From contig JAHFHG010000003.1 in the NCBI GenBank assembly GCA_023247035.1, positions 15,081 to 79,080 on the forward strand: 64,000 nucleotides of DNA, read 5' to 3'. Under the pieces are notes generated by a model. It did no database searches. It was not told the DNA's origin and was given only the letters and a program-made list of their open reading frames with translations. Position numbers and translations under genes: made by a program. Shown here piece by piece: positions 28,925 to 38,194 of the stretch (position 1 is its first letter; every line of letters begins with the position of its first letter). The DNA is from Candidatus Omnitrophota bacterium (GTDB lineage: Bacteria > Omnitrophota > Omnitrophia > Omnitrophales > Aquincolibacteriaceae).

Positions 28925-29640
28925 GCAACATTTTGATCTTAGGAGGCAGCAGCGGCATTGGCGAAGCTCTAGTGCGCTTAGCGGCGAAGGCTTCAAATCA
29001 GGTGGTATTTACTTATTTTCAAAACCAGGATAAGGCCAAAGTCCTAGAGCGCGAGACAGGCGCCAAAACTGTTTTTTATGATCAATCCACAGAAGCTGCG
29101 GTCAATGATCTCATTCAATATATCCTGACCAACAATTTTGATGCGCTCGTGAACAATGCGGCGGAACCCTATAAGCGTGAGACTTTGTTGGAGTTGAACG
29201 CGGATGATTTCTTGCAGTATCTTGGACGGGGAATACGAGGGGCTTTCAAGGTATGTCAAGCCTTTGCTTCTTCGATCGTTAAGAGAAACGGTTCTGGAAA
29301 AATCGTCCATGTTTTATCTTCGGTGGTGATGGGTTTCCCGCCGGAAAAACAAGCCAGTTATGTCGCTTTGAAATATGCCTGGCTGGGCCTCATGCGGGCA
29401 CAAGCGGTTGAATTCAAAAAACTCAACATTCATGTGAATGCCGTATCACCGTCGATGACGCGAACTCCTTTTATCGGCGATCTTCCAGAACGGTTTGTCA
29501 AAATGCTCGAGCAAACCTTGCCGATGGGTCGAATCGCCACCGCCGAAGAGGTGGCGGGTGTGATTCATTTTTTGATTTCCTCCCAAGCCAGTTATATTCA
29601 TGGGGCTAACATCCCTGTCACGGGAGGGCAAACGTTTTGA
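28921..29640 (+). CDS. Short-chain dehydrogenase/reductase (FabG-like ketoacyl reductase)
   Basis: Rossmann ILGGSSGIGEAL, NNAA motif, catalytic S...YxxxK (YVALKYAWLG). Confidence 0.75.
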   Translation: MSNILILGGSSGIGEALVRLAAKASNQVVFTYFQNQDKAKVLERETGAKTVFYDQSTEAAVNDLIQYILTNNFDALVNNAAEPYKRETLLELNADDFLQYLGRGIRGAFKVCQAFASSIVKRNGSGKIVHVLSSVVMGFPPEKQASYVALKYAWLGLMRAQAVEFKKLNIHVNAVSPSMTRTPFIGDLPERFVKMLEQTLPMGRIATAEEVAGVIHFLISSQASYIHGANIPVTGGQTF

Positions 29641-30077
29641 TGCCGGACTCTTTTGAACAATTGCATATTGGGCAAGAGTCGGTATTTTCGCACCGGATTA
29701 CTGATGAGGATGTGAAGAAGTTCGTTGAGTTGACCGGCGATACGAACCCTTTGCATTTGGATGATCTATTTGCCGTTCAACGGTCTTTTGAGAAACGCGT
29801 TGTCCACGGCATGCTGACAGCTTCCTTTGTCTCCACGGTGATTGGGACTCTTCTGCCGGGTCCGGGTTCGCTATGGTACGAGCATTCTTTCCGGTTCTTA
29901 AAGCCTGTTTATGTGGGACAAACGATTCAAGTTCATGTCCGGGTCCGTCACAAATCGAATGCCCAACGAGTGGTCGTGCTGGACGTTCACGTTTATGGGG
30001 AAGGAAACCACGTGGTTGTGGAGGGAGAGGCAAAAGTTAAAGTGTTGAACCCATTTAAAATTGAGGCGGCGCCATGA
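29637..30077 (+). CDS. MaoC-like (R)-specific hydratase/dehydratase (hot-dog fold)
   Basis: 146 aa; MaoC signature GDTNPLHLDDLFA...HGML. Confidence 0.75.
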   Translation: MMPDSFEQLHIGQESVFSHRITDEDVKKFVELTGDTNPLHLDDLFAVQRSFEKRVVHGMLTASFVSTVIGTLLPGPGSLWYEHSFRFLKPVYVGQTIQVHVRVRHKSNAQRVVVLDVHVYGEGNHVVVEGEAKVKVLNPFKIEAAP

Positions 30078-31867
30078 GCCGGATTTCATTCTTGGAAATG
30101 GACGCGCGGCTTCAGGCAGCTGATATGAGAGGGTACCCCGTTTGCCCAATCACCCTCTTAAGGAATGTCACCTTGGAAAATATCCAGATTTTTCTGCGAT
30201 ATTTCGCCTATGAAGCCGGGTGGAACGCTCAAGTTTCTTTTGGAGATTATGACAGCGTACTTCAAGAAGCGGTGAGCGACTCAAAAAAATTGTTTCCGGA
30301 TTCAAAATTTATACTTGTGTATTTATTTTTAGAGAATCTGTCTTGGAATATCGCCCGCAATTTCAACGGACTTTCGATGGAGGCCCTGCAGGTTGAGAAG
30401 GAACACGTGAAAAATTATCTCCGCTTGGCTCTTGAGGGCATCCGAACACACACGCAGGCCCCGGTGTTATGGCACAGCTTTGAGTCGCCCGTTTATCCAG
30501 CGGATGGGATCGGAGGCCCCCAGAGGTCTGGGGGACAGTTAGAAACCGTCAGCGAGCTCAATGATTATTTAAAGCAAATTTTAAAAATGCAACCCAACAC
30601 TTATGGAATCGATTTGAATTCTTGTCTTGCGCGCGTGGGTTACGACGCCTACTATGACAGGCGTTATTGGCATCTCGCACGGGCTCCTTACAGCCAGCGT
30701 GCGCTCAAGGAGATTGCCTTGGAAGATTTTAAATTCATCCGCGCATTAAGCGGGAATGTTAAAAAATGTTTGGTATTGGATTGTGACGATGTTTTGTGGG
30801 GCGGGGCGGCGGGCGAAGCGGGCTTAGAGGGGATTCAGCTTGGAAAATCTTATCCAGGATCGCCGTATTATGAATTTCAACAAGAGATACTCAATCTTTA
30901 TCATCGCGGCGTGATCCTGGCGCTCTGCAGCAAGAATAACGAGCAGGATGTCTGGGAAGTTTTCGACCGCCATCCCGAGATGATCCTTCAACGGCGTCAT
31001 TTTGCGGCCTGGCGGATCAATTGGAAGAACAAAGCCGACAATCTCCGTCAAATCGCCCAAGAACTCAATATTTCCACGGAACATTTGGTTTTTGCCGACG
31101 ATAGTGAGTTTGAGATCAATCTTGTGAAAGAATGGATGCCGGAGGTTTTGACGCTCCATCTTTCGCGCTCGCACGCTGTTGAATTTAGGGAGAAGCTGCT
31201 GCGATTAGACTGTTTTGGTCAGATCAGTTTTACGGCTGAGGATCAAAGCCGGTCTCAAATGATTCAACAAGAAACTGAGCGCAGGAAATTTCAGACGAAC
31301 CATCAGGATTTGCAGTCCTATCTGCGCTCGCTAGAGCTGGTGGCGACCCTTCGCTTGGCGGATGGGGTTACGATTCCGAGAATTTCTCAATTGACTCAAA
31401 AAACCAATCAGTTCAATTTGACGACCCGGCGGTATTCAGAGTCTGATATCCGAAGTTTTGCCGAAAGCCCCAATCACCGTGTTTTTAGCCTGTCTCTCAG
31501 GGATCGGTTCGGCGATGCGGGCCTTGTCGGTGTTTTTATCGCGGAGAGAGCGGGCTCATCCAATTGCCGGATCGACACTTTTTTGATGAGCTGCCGCGTG
31601 TTAGGCAGAGAAGCAGAGGTTATTTTTGCAGAGCGATGCTTAACGGCGCTTGCCTCCGAATGGGGCGTTAAAGAGTGGGCGGCTGAATATATTCCAACGC
31701 CTAAAAATGCCCTCGCGGAACGGTTTTGGGATCAATTTGGATTTAAAAGGAAAGAGGCGAAAGCCGCTCAGAGCGCCGTTCATTATTCATTGGAAGAATC
31801 GCAAAGAATTTTGATCAGCAATTCTATTATTCATGTTGAGGAGGAATTTTGTGGAACAAAAAGTTAA
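30074..31867 (+). CDS. FkbH-like HAD-IIIC domain protein (glyceryl/acyl-ACP loading enzyme family)
   Basis: 597 aa; HAD-IIIC signature KCLVLDCDDVLWGGAAGE, a second HAD motif VFADDSEFE, and a C-terminal acyltransferase-like region; followed directly by an ACP gene. Confidence 0.65.
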   Translation: MSRISFLEMDARLQAADMRGYPVCPITLLRNVTLENIQIFLRYFAYEAGWNAQVSFGDYDSVLQEAVSDSKKLFPDSKFILVYLFLENLSWNIARNFNGLSMEALQVEKEHVKNYLRLALEGIRTHTQAPVLWHSFESPVYPADGIGGPQRSGGQLETVSELNDYLKQILKMQPNTYGIDLNSCLARVGYDAYYDRRYWHLARAPYSQRALKEIALEDFKFIRALSGNVKKCLVLDCDDVLWGGAAGEAGLEGIQLGKSYPGSPYYEFQQEILNLYHRGVILALCSKNNEQDVWEVFDRHPEMILQRRHFAAWRINWKNKADNLRQIAQELNISTEHLVFADDSEFEINLVKEWMPEVLTLHLSRSHAVEFREKLLRLDCFGQISFTAEDQSRSQMIQQETERRKFQTNHQDLQSYLRSLELVATLRLADGVTIPRISQLTQKTNQFNLTTRRYSESDIRSFAESPNHRVFSLSLRDRFGDAGLVGVFIAERAGSSNCRIDTFLMSCRVLGREAEVIFAERCLTALASEWGVKEWAAEYIPTPKNALAERFWDQFGFKRKEAKAAQSAVHYSLEESQRILISNSIIHVEEEFCGTKS

Positions 31868-32084
31868 AAAGATTATGAGCCAGATTTTTCGTGTGGCTGA
31901 AGATCATATCCGGGAAGACGCCTCCTCTCTGACAATCGACTCCTGGGATTCGCTGGCGCATATGAATCTCATCGCAGCGCTCGAAGAAGAATTTGGCGTG
32001 CAGTTTCAAGATCAGGAAATCATTCAGATGACTAGTTTTGAGGCGATCCTTTCAAGCCTTGCTTTAAAAGCCGGTTCATCATGA
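31851..32084 (+). CDS. Acyl carrier protein
   Basis: About 77 aa; phosphopantetheine-attachment motif IDSWDSLAHMNLIAALEEEFGV (DSL Ser). The likely start is GTG 31851, 5 nt after the GAGGAGG RBS; the ORF-track ATG 31833 overlaps the FkbH stop. Confidence 0.75.
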   Translation: MEQKVKKIMSQIFRVAEDHIREDASSLTIDSWDSLAHMNLIAALEEEFGVQFQDQEIIQMTSFEAILSSLALKAGSS

Positions 32085-33394
32085 CCGTGGCGCAAGTCCA
32101 TGCCCGGCACAGGGGTGTGCAAAAGCCTTTAAAATCCTGCTTTTCAAGAGAAATTTCTAAGAAAATCCTACTTTTTTTCTTTTCACTTTTTTTTTCCCTT
32201 TTTTCTGGCGAGTTATTGATGCGAGGTTTTTACCCGCAGCAGCTCATTAAGACCGAAGGAATTTGGCGGCCTGATCCGGAACTGGGGTGGCGGCACATAG
32301 AGTCAGCTCGCCGCTTTATCAATAACGGCGAACGCCGGCCTGTCCTATGGGTGACGGATGAGAACGGTTTTCGCACGAGTCCTGTCCGGAAAAAAAGGGG
32401 ACAGCAGCCTGACGTGTCTCTTTTAATGATAGGGGATTCTTTTTTGGCGGCTCTGGCCTTGGATTATGAAAAAACGATTCCTGACCGAGTCGAGCGATAC
32501 TTTAAAAAGAAATATTCTATCCTGCCCCGGGTGGACAATGCAGGCGTGGGCGCGTGGGAGCCCGGGCAATATCTGCTTGAAACGCGCCGCGCTCTCAAAC
32601 AAAGACATTATGATATGGGAGTTATTTTTTTCTATATTGGAAATGATGTGATTGACCGTCTTCGATTTAAATTTATGCCGCAAGATATATCGCCCTCCAA
32701 GCAGTTAAGAATTCCAAGCGGATGGACGCCGCAGGCTTTCCAAAAGGATCTTATTTTACCCCTCAATAATTTTTTAAGAGAACGGTCTCATCTGTTTGTA
32801 TTTTTGAAGGCCCGGCTGCAGATTCTTTTGGCAAGAATGGGATTCACGGACTATTATTTCCCGGATATTTTTCTTAGGAAAGAGGCAAACTCCCTGAAAT
32901 GGGAGGCGACGGCGGCCATGGCGGAGCTGATTTATCAGGAATTTCAGCAGCGCAAGATCCCGGCCTTGTTTGTTCTGCTGCCGGTGAATTATCAGGTCCA
33001 GCCGCAGCTGCTTACCCGGTATAGAAAAATGTTTAATATTCCTCCGGATTCGATTGATCTTGACCAGCCCAATCAAAAATTGGCCGCTCAATTTCAGCAA
33101 AGATCCATTCCTTTCATAGATATGCTGCCTCTTTTTAGAGAGAACGCAAAAAAAGGTTTGAAGATGTACGGCTCAAGCGACAATCATCTCAATGCTGAAG
33201 GTCATGACACAGTGACGGAAGCCATTCTTCCGAAGGTGGAAGCGACATTAAAATTTAAATCGGAGTCTTTTAAAAATTCCATTGCCGATACCGGCCGGCA
33301 GCTTCGCTTGGTGAAACTGCGCAACAGGAGAGAAGTCCAAGGCACAAGGATCCCTTCGGTCAAGCCGGAGAATCACCGTTTTGTGGATGCTTAG
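32081..33394 (+). CDS. Membrane-anchored SGNH-hydrolase-like protein (AlgX/AlgJ-type polysaccharide O-acyltransferase/esterase candidate), paralog 1
   Basis: N-terminal TM (ILLFFFSLFFSLFSGELLM); GDS block LLMIGDSFLAALALD; C-terminal DxxH block SSDNHLNAEGHD. Clear paralog of 33401..34570. Confidence 0.6.
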   Translation: MTVAQVHARHRGVQKPLKSCFSREISKKILLFFFSLFFSLFSGELLMRGFYPQQLIKTEGIWRPDPELGWRHIESARRFINNGERRPVLWVTDENGFRTSPVRKKRGQQPDVSLLMIGDSFLAALALDYEKTIPDRVERYFKKKYSILPRVDNAGVGAWEPGQYLLETRRALKQRHYDMGVIFFYIGNDVIDRLRFKFMPQDISPSKQLRIPSGWTPQAFQKDLILPLNNFLRERSHLFVFLKARLQILLARMGFTDYYFPDIFLRKEANSLKWEATAAMAELIYQEFQQRKIPALFVLLPVNYQVQPQLLTRYRKMFNIPPDSIDLDQPNQKLAAQFQQRSIPFIDMLPLFRENAKKGLKMYGSSDNHLNAEGHDTVTEAILPKVEATLKFKSESFKNSIADTGRQLRLVKLRNRREVQGTRIPSVKPENHRFVDA

Positions 33395-33400
33395 CGCCTG

Positions 33401-34570
33401 ATGGAAACTTCCGCAGCCCCCAGAGTTCTCCGCTTCAACTTCCTAAAAAACGCCGCAGTTTTTTTGCTTGCGTTCTTATTCTCCCTGGCGCTGGGAGAGA
33501 TTTTAATTCGACTCGTCGCACCCCAGCAGTTGATCGTGACCAACAACCGGTTGTGGAAACCCGAGCCCGTTTTCGGCTGGCGGCATTTTGAGTCCGCGGA
33601 TACGCCTGTCAATACGGGGGAGCGCTTAACGCATCTGGTGACCGATGAACACGGTTACCGCATCAACCGATCTTTAACAAAGGGCGAGGAAGCAGGCAAA
33701 GCGGATATTTCAATTCTCATGATAGGCGATTCCTTTCTCGAAGCCCTGGCGATTGAGAATGAAGAGACGATCCCTCAGAGAATCAAGCAGATGCTTGAAG
33801 CAAAATATCATAAGAGAGTGCGTGCGGTTAATGCGGGCGTGGGCTCCTGGGAGCCTGGGCAGTATTGGCTTGAGGCCCGTCGTGCGCTTGCCCTAGCCCC
33901 CTATGATCTCGGAATCGTTTTTATTTACATTGAAAATGATATTGTCGATAAGGTGCGGACAACCTTCAGCCATAAAGAATTCGAAAAAAATACGACACTC
34001 CGACTCCCTCGGGAATGGACATGGAATTCGCTCATTAGCGCCGTTTTTTACCCCATCAATTTTTATCTGAAACAAAGATCCCAGCTTTTTGTATTTCTTA
34101 AAGAAAGATTTAATATCCTCTTGGCACGGATGAGGTTGACCGCCTATTATTTCCCTGTGATCTTTGAACGTAAAGAAAAGAATTCCAAGAGGTGGGAGAT
34201 TACCGCCGACGTTTGCCAAAAGATCCAGCAGGAATTCGAAAAGTATTCAACGCCCGTTTTTTTCGTGTTTCTCCCCACGGACTATCAGCTGGATCCCAGC
34301 GCTTTAAATGAATACATAAAAATGTTTGATATTTCTCTTCAGTCGGTTGATTTGGAACAACCCGATAAGATGCTCGCTCTTTCTTTTAAAAAAAGGTATC
34401 TTGATTTTATCGATACCCTCGTGCCGATGCGGGAAAGGGTCCGACGGGGCGTCAAAATGCACGGGCAAATAGACTCCCACTTAAATGCGGAAGGCCACCG
34501 CGCGGTGGCCGAAATCATCTTCGGGGAGGTCGAAAAATATTTGCCCCCACAACTGAAAGAAAATCATTAA
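33401..34570 (+). CDS. Membrane-anchored SGNH-hydrolase-like protein, paralog 2
   Basis: Same architecture: TM AAVFLLAFLFSLALGEILI, ILMIGDSFLEALAIE, QIDSHLNAEGHR. Confidence 0.6.
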   Translation: METSAAPRVLRFNFLKNAAVFLLAFLFSLALGEILIRLVAPQQLIVTNNRLWKPEPVFGWRHFESADTPVNTGERLTHLVTDEHGYRINRSLTKGEEAGKADISILMIGDSFLEALAIENEETIPQRIKQMLEAKYHKRVRAVNAGVGSWEPGQYWLEARRALALAPYDLGIVFIYIENDIVDKVRTTFSHKEFEKNTTLRLPREWTWNSLISAVFYPINFYLKQRSQLFVFLKERFNILLARMRLTAYYFPVIFERKEKNSKRWEITADVCQKIQQEFEKYSTPVFFVFLPTDYQLDPSALNEYIKMFDISLQSVDLEQPDKMLALSFKKRYLDFIDTLVPMRERVRRGVKMHGQIDSHLNAEGHRAVAEIIFGEVEKYLPPQLKENH

Positions 34571-34635
34571 AAAATTCATCCTTCCATACCTGGCTGGACC
34601 CGTTGAGGGTTTGAAAATGCTAGACAAAGGATAAA

Positions 34636-36150
34636 ATGCTTAAAAGTTCCGATTCTGTTTGTTTTACCTCTTTGCTCAGAATCTTTGCAACCATTGTGTC
34701 CTTATCCGGACTTTTATGTCTCCTCCGTTTTGTCTCCAACATTTCATTTTCCGAGCCTCTTCAATTGCTCACGTCTGGAAGTGAAGAGCTGTCCTTTTTG
34801 AGCTTGTGGAAATTTGTACATCACCAGCCTGTTTATATCGACCCTCATAAAATTCCATTTTCGCTTTCGTGTTTTAATTGGCTGTTTTACGTGGTCTATG
34901 GAATGCTCACTAAGGCAGTATTGTTTTTTGCGCGGATATCGGATCCATGGATTCCGACGATTGGAAGGCTGATAAGCTTGTTTTTTTCAGTCCTGGGGTT
35001 AATCATTGCCAGAAAAACATTGGTAGTCCTATGTAGGCATCCCTCAAAAAAAATGAATCTTTTTTTTCTTTTGGTTCCTTTTTATTTATTTTTTGGACCC
35101 TTAACAGCCTTTTGGCATTTGACCGCACGCCCGGATATCGCAGCGGTTGTATTTGAATTGCTCGCTTTTTATATTTTTATCAAAGAATTTGAAAACCGGC
35201 CCACCAGGGCAGCCTTGACGGCAACCTTATTTGCCTTTATTGCCTGGTCTTTTAAGCAGGTGAACATCTCTGTCTTTTTAAGCCTCATGATTTTTTGTTT
35301 TATCTATTACCGGCGTGCAGCCTGGATGATGGGCCTTATGTTAGCGTCTTTATGCTCTTTGGTGGTTTGGCTTGGAGGGCCTGACTACCGAGAAAACGCC
35401 ATTCTTTTTTTTCCGAAGTCAGGTTTTTCAAATGCTTTGGTGAGTAAACATTTTTTATATTATATTGTCCAAAGCCTTTTTGCCATACCTGGGTACGTCG
35501 CTATGGGAACGGTCTTCTTTTTCAAGACATTCAGAGACCGTATCCTGGGCGAAAAAAAATATCAGTTTTGCTTTCTCACTGCTGTCGTGACTTCGCTATA
35601 TGGGGGGGCCACATCGCAGAAAATAGGAGCTTCTGAAAATTATTTTATACCCGCAAGTATTTTTGCGGCGTTCTTCTGCCTTTTATTTTTATCAGATATT
35701 GTGCAAGACCGCATTCCCAAGATATTCCATATTTCCTTCTATTTTTCTGCGTCCATCAATATTTTGGTTCTTTTATTGATATTATTTGGAATCAAACAGC
35801 ACGTGTCACTACGATTTCAGCATAAGGCCTATTCGGAATTATTAAAATGCACCGAGTCACTTCCGCGTCCTGTCTTTTCTCAAACGCCCTATCTTAATCT
35901 CCCTTGGATGCTTGGAGGCGAGAATTTCGTGATCGTCGATCAACGCTTAGTAGGAGACGAGCATAAAGGAGTCTATGAAAGAGGAGGCATCCGAGGCCTT
36001 ATCCGGGAAGGATATTTTGCCACACTTCTTTTGGATAAAGGTCAGATGACCCCGCGTAGCGCCATGGATATACCGAAGGAAGACCTCAGTCATTACGTCG
36101 AGCAGCTGTCAACTTGCCCGCCGACCCATCTTGTTTTTATAAGAAAGTAG
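34636..36150 (+). CDS. Polytopic membrane protein (possible GT-C-type glycosyltransferase or acyl-transfer membrane component)
   Basis: 504 aa, about 11-13 TM helices, hydrophobic throughout. Confidence 0.35.
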   Translation: MLKSSDSVCFTSLLRIFATIVSLSGLLCLLRFVSNISFSEPLQLLTSGSEELSFLSLWKFVHHQPVYIDPHKIPFSLSCFNWLFYVVYGMLTKAVLFFARISDPWIPTIGRLISLFFSVLGLIIARKTLVVLCRHPSKKMNLFFLLVPFYLFFGPLTAFWHLTARPDIAAVVFELLAFYIFIKEFENRPTRAALTATLFAFIAWSFKQVNISVFLSLMIFCFIYYRRAAWMMGLMLASLCSLVVWLGGPDYRENAILFFPKSGFSNALVSKHFLYYIVQSLFAIPGYVAMGTVFFFKTFRDRILGEKKYQFCFLTAVVTSLYGGATSQKIGASENYFIPASIFAAFFCLLFLSDIVQDRIPKIFHISFYFSASINILVLLLILFGIKQHVSLRFQHKAYSELLKCTESLPRPVFSQTPYLNLPWMLGGENFVIVDQRLVGDEHKGVYERGGIRGLIREGYFATLLLDKGQMTPRSAMDIPKEDLSHYVEQLSTCPPTHLVFIRK

Positions 36151-36204
36151 TAGATTTAATTTTATGAATCCAAAGACTCTTTTTAGTCTAAGTTTTAACT
36201 CTAA

Positions 36205-36963
36205 ATGTGGTATCTGGTTATGAGTGTTCGTATTGCTCAAAATAAACAAAGTGAGGCGGCTTTTTTCAACGAATATGCGAAGCCGGAGGGCTACGATGTT
36301 TTTGAACAGACAAGCACCCGTAAATTAGTCGATACTTGCATTCAACTTGCCGGTTGGGAACAGGGAGGATTGATAGCGGATTTGGGGTGTGGATCAGGAG
36401 TCTTCACATCACTGCTTGCTGCGAATGGTTTTAAAACGCTGGGATTGGATTTAAGTCATAAGTTGCTCGTGTCTGGCGGAGTAAGATCGCCGCACCTACA
36501 GTTTATGGCGGGGGATGTCGAGTTTCTTCCATTGCGATCAGAAAGTTTGGATGGGGTATTGCTGAGCGGCATCTTGCATCACCTTCCCGATCCGACTCAT
36601 TGTGTGCGCGAAGTTTTTCGGGTCCTTAAACCTAACGGCGTTGTTGTGACCTTTGATCCGAATCGGCTCAATCCATTCATGTGGCTTTATAGGGACCGGA
36701 GTTCGCCATTCTACAGCAGTAAAGGCGTGACGGCAAATGAACGGCCCATCCTTTCAAGCGCGTTAATGGAAGTATTTTCTAAGCAAGGCTTTTGCGTTTC
36801 TGTTTCCTATTTATCCGGGCTGCATTATCGGTACGTGGCTTCAACGTTTGGCCGGTTTCTGCTGCCGCTTTATAATAAGGTTGACGATTATTTGTTCCGC
36901 TTGAGTTTTTTAAAGCCGTTCAGCGCGTTTGTGCTGGCACGAGGACTAAAATCGGCAGGATGA
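36205..36963 (+). CDS. Class I SAM-dependent methyltransferase
   Basis: Motif I IADLGCGSGVFTSLL; LLSGILHHLPDP; VLKPNGVVV. Confidence 0.75.
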   Translation: MWYLVMSVRIAQNKQSEAAFFNEYAKPEGYDVFEQTSTRKLVDTCIQLAGWEQGGLIADLGCGSGVFTSLLAANGFKTLGLDLSHKLLVSGGVRSPHLQFMAGDVEFLPLRSESLDGVLLSGILHHLPDPTHCVREVFRVLKPNGVVVTFDPNRLNPFMWLYRDRSSPFYSSKGVTANERPILSSALMEVFSKQGFCVSVSYLSGLHYRYVASTFGRFLLPLYNKVDDYLFRLSFLKPFSAFVLARGLKSAG

Positions 36964-38193
36964 GTGGGTATGGAAAATAAAATAATAAAAGGTCATTATG
37001 ATGTTGCGGTTGTCGGGGGAGCGGGGCATGTAGGGCTTCCTCTGTCGCTGGTGCTGGCCGATCGCGGCTATCGGACCTTGATTTATGATGTGGACAAGCA
37101 GGCTGTGGAAAAAATCAGATCAGGTGTGATGCCCTTTATGGAAAATGGAGGCGTTTCTTTATTGCGGAAAATGCTTAAAAAAAGGAAAATTGGATTTGCA
37201 GAAGCCCCCCAAGAGTTAAGAGCCGTGCCGAAAATTATTATTACCATCGGCACACCGATTGATGAATTTCTCAATCCTTCCTTAAAAGAGATTCAAAGTT
37301 GTCTTGATGATTTGTTTCCTTATTTATCCAAGGAACAGCTTCTTATTTTGCGTTCCACCGTCTATCCCGGCGTAACAGAATGGGTCTTTAAATACCTTTT
37401 GAAACGGGGCAAAAGGCTGAAAGTCAGTTTTTGTCCGGAAAGGATCGTCCAAGGCCGCGCCATTGAAGAGCTGCAAACCTTGCCTCAGATTGTCAGCGGG
37501 ATGACACCCGAAGCGGCACGAGAAGCCGCGAGTTTATTTCTAAAAATTGCCCCTAAAATTGTCCGCTTGCAACCGATCGAAGCGGAGTTTTCTAAACTTT
37601 TTTGTAATGCGTACCGGTACATTCATTTTGCGGTAGCCAATCAATTTTATATGATTGCTGAATCGGCAGGGGTCAGTTATTGCAATATTTTGAATGGCCT
37701 CAAGAAAGAATACCCACGTGCACAGGATATCCCTACGGCTGGATTTACGGCAGGACCATGTTTATTTAAAGACACAGCCCAATTAGCCGCTTTTTTCAGA
37801 AACAAATTTAGCCTTGGCCATGCCGCCATGTTAATCAATGAAGGGCTCCCTCAATATATCGTGGATTCTTTGCGTCAAAAATACGATTTATCAAAAAAGA
37901 CAGTCGGGATTTTAGGCATGGCTTTCAAAGCTGATATTGATGATGCGCGTGCGTCGCTTGCTTATAAATTGAGAAAGCTGCTTGCTTATCAAACCCAAGA
38001 TGTCCTGATTACAGACCCCTTCATTAAAAATGATCCCAACATTTTATCGTTCGAAGAAGTCGTAAAGAAAAGTGACATTTTAATTCTTTGTGCCCCTCAT
38101 CAGGTCTATAAGAAAGTCCGACTGGGAAAGAAAATCGTAGTTGATATTTGGAATTTCTGGGACAGTAAGAAGGATGGTCTAAAGAGGGTTTAG
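36964..38193 (+). CDS. Nucleotide-sugar 6-dehydrogenase (UDP-glucose/GDP-mannose dehydrogenase family; WbpA/WecC-like)
   Basis: N-terminal NAD fold VAVVGGAGHVGLPLSLVLADRGY; central GFTAGPC catalytic-Cys-region style; C-terminal UDP-binding domain. GTG start. Confidence 0.75.
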   Translation: MGMENKIIKGHYDVAVVGGAGHVGLPLSLVLADRGYRTLIYDVDKQAVEKIRSGVMPFMENGGVSLLRKMLKKRKIGFAEAPQELRAVPKIIITIGTPIDEFLNPSLKEIQSCLDDLFPYLSKEQLLILRSTVYPGVTEWVFKYLLKRGKRLKVSFCPERIVQGRAIEELQTLPQIVSGMTPEAAREAASLFLKIAPKIVRLQPIEAEFSKLFCNAYRYIHFAVANQFYMIAESAGVSYCNILNGLKKEYPRAQDIPTAGFTAGPCLFKDTAQLAAFFRNKFSLGHAAMLINEGLPQYIVDSLRQKYDLSKKTVGILGMAFKADIDDARASLAYKLRKLLAYQTQDVLITDPFIKNDPNILSFEEVVKKSDILILCAPHQVYKKVRLGKKIVVDIWNFWDSKKDGLKRV

Positions 38194-38194
38194 T

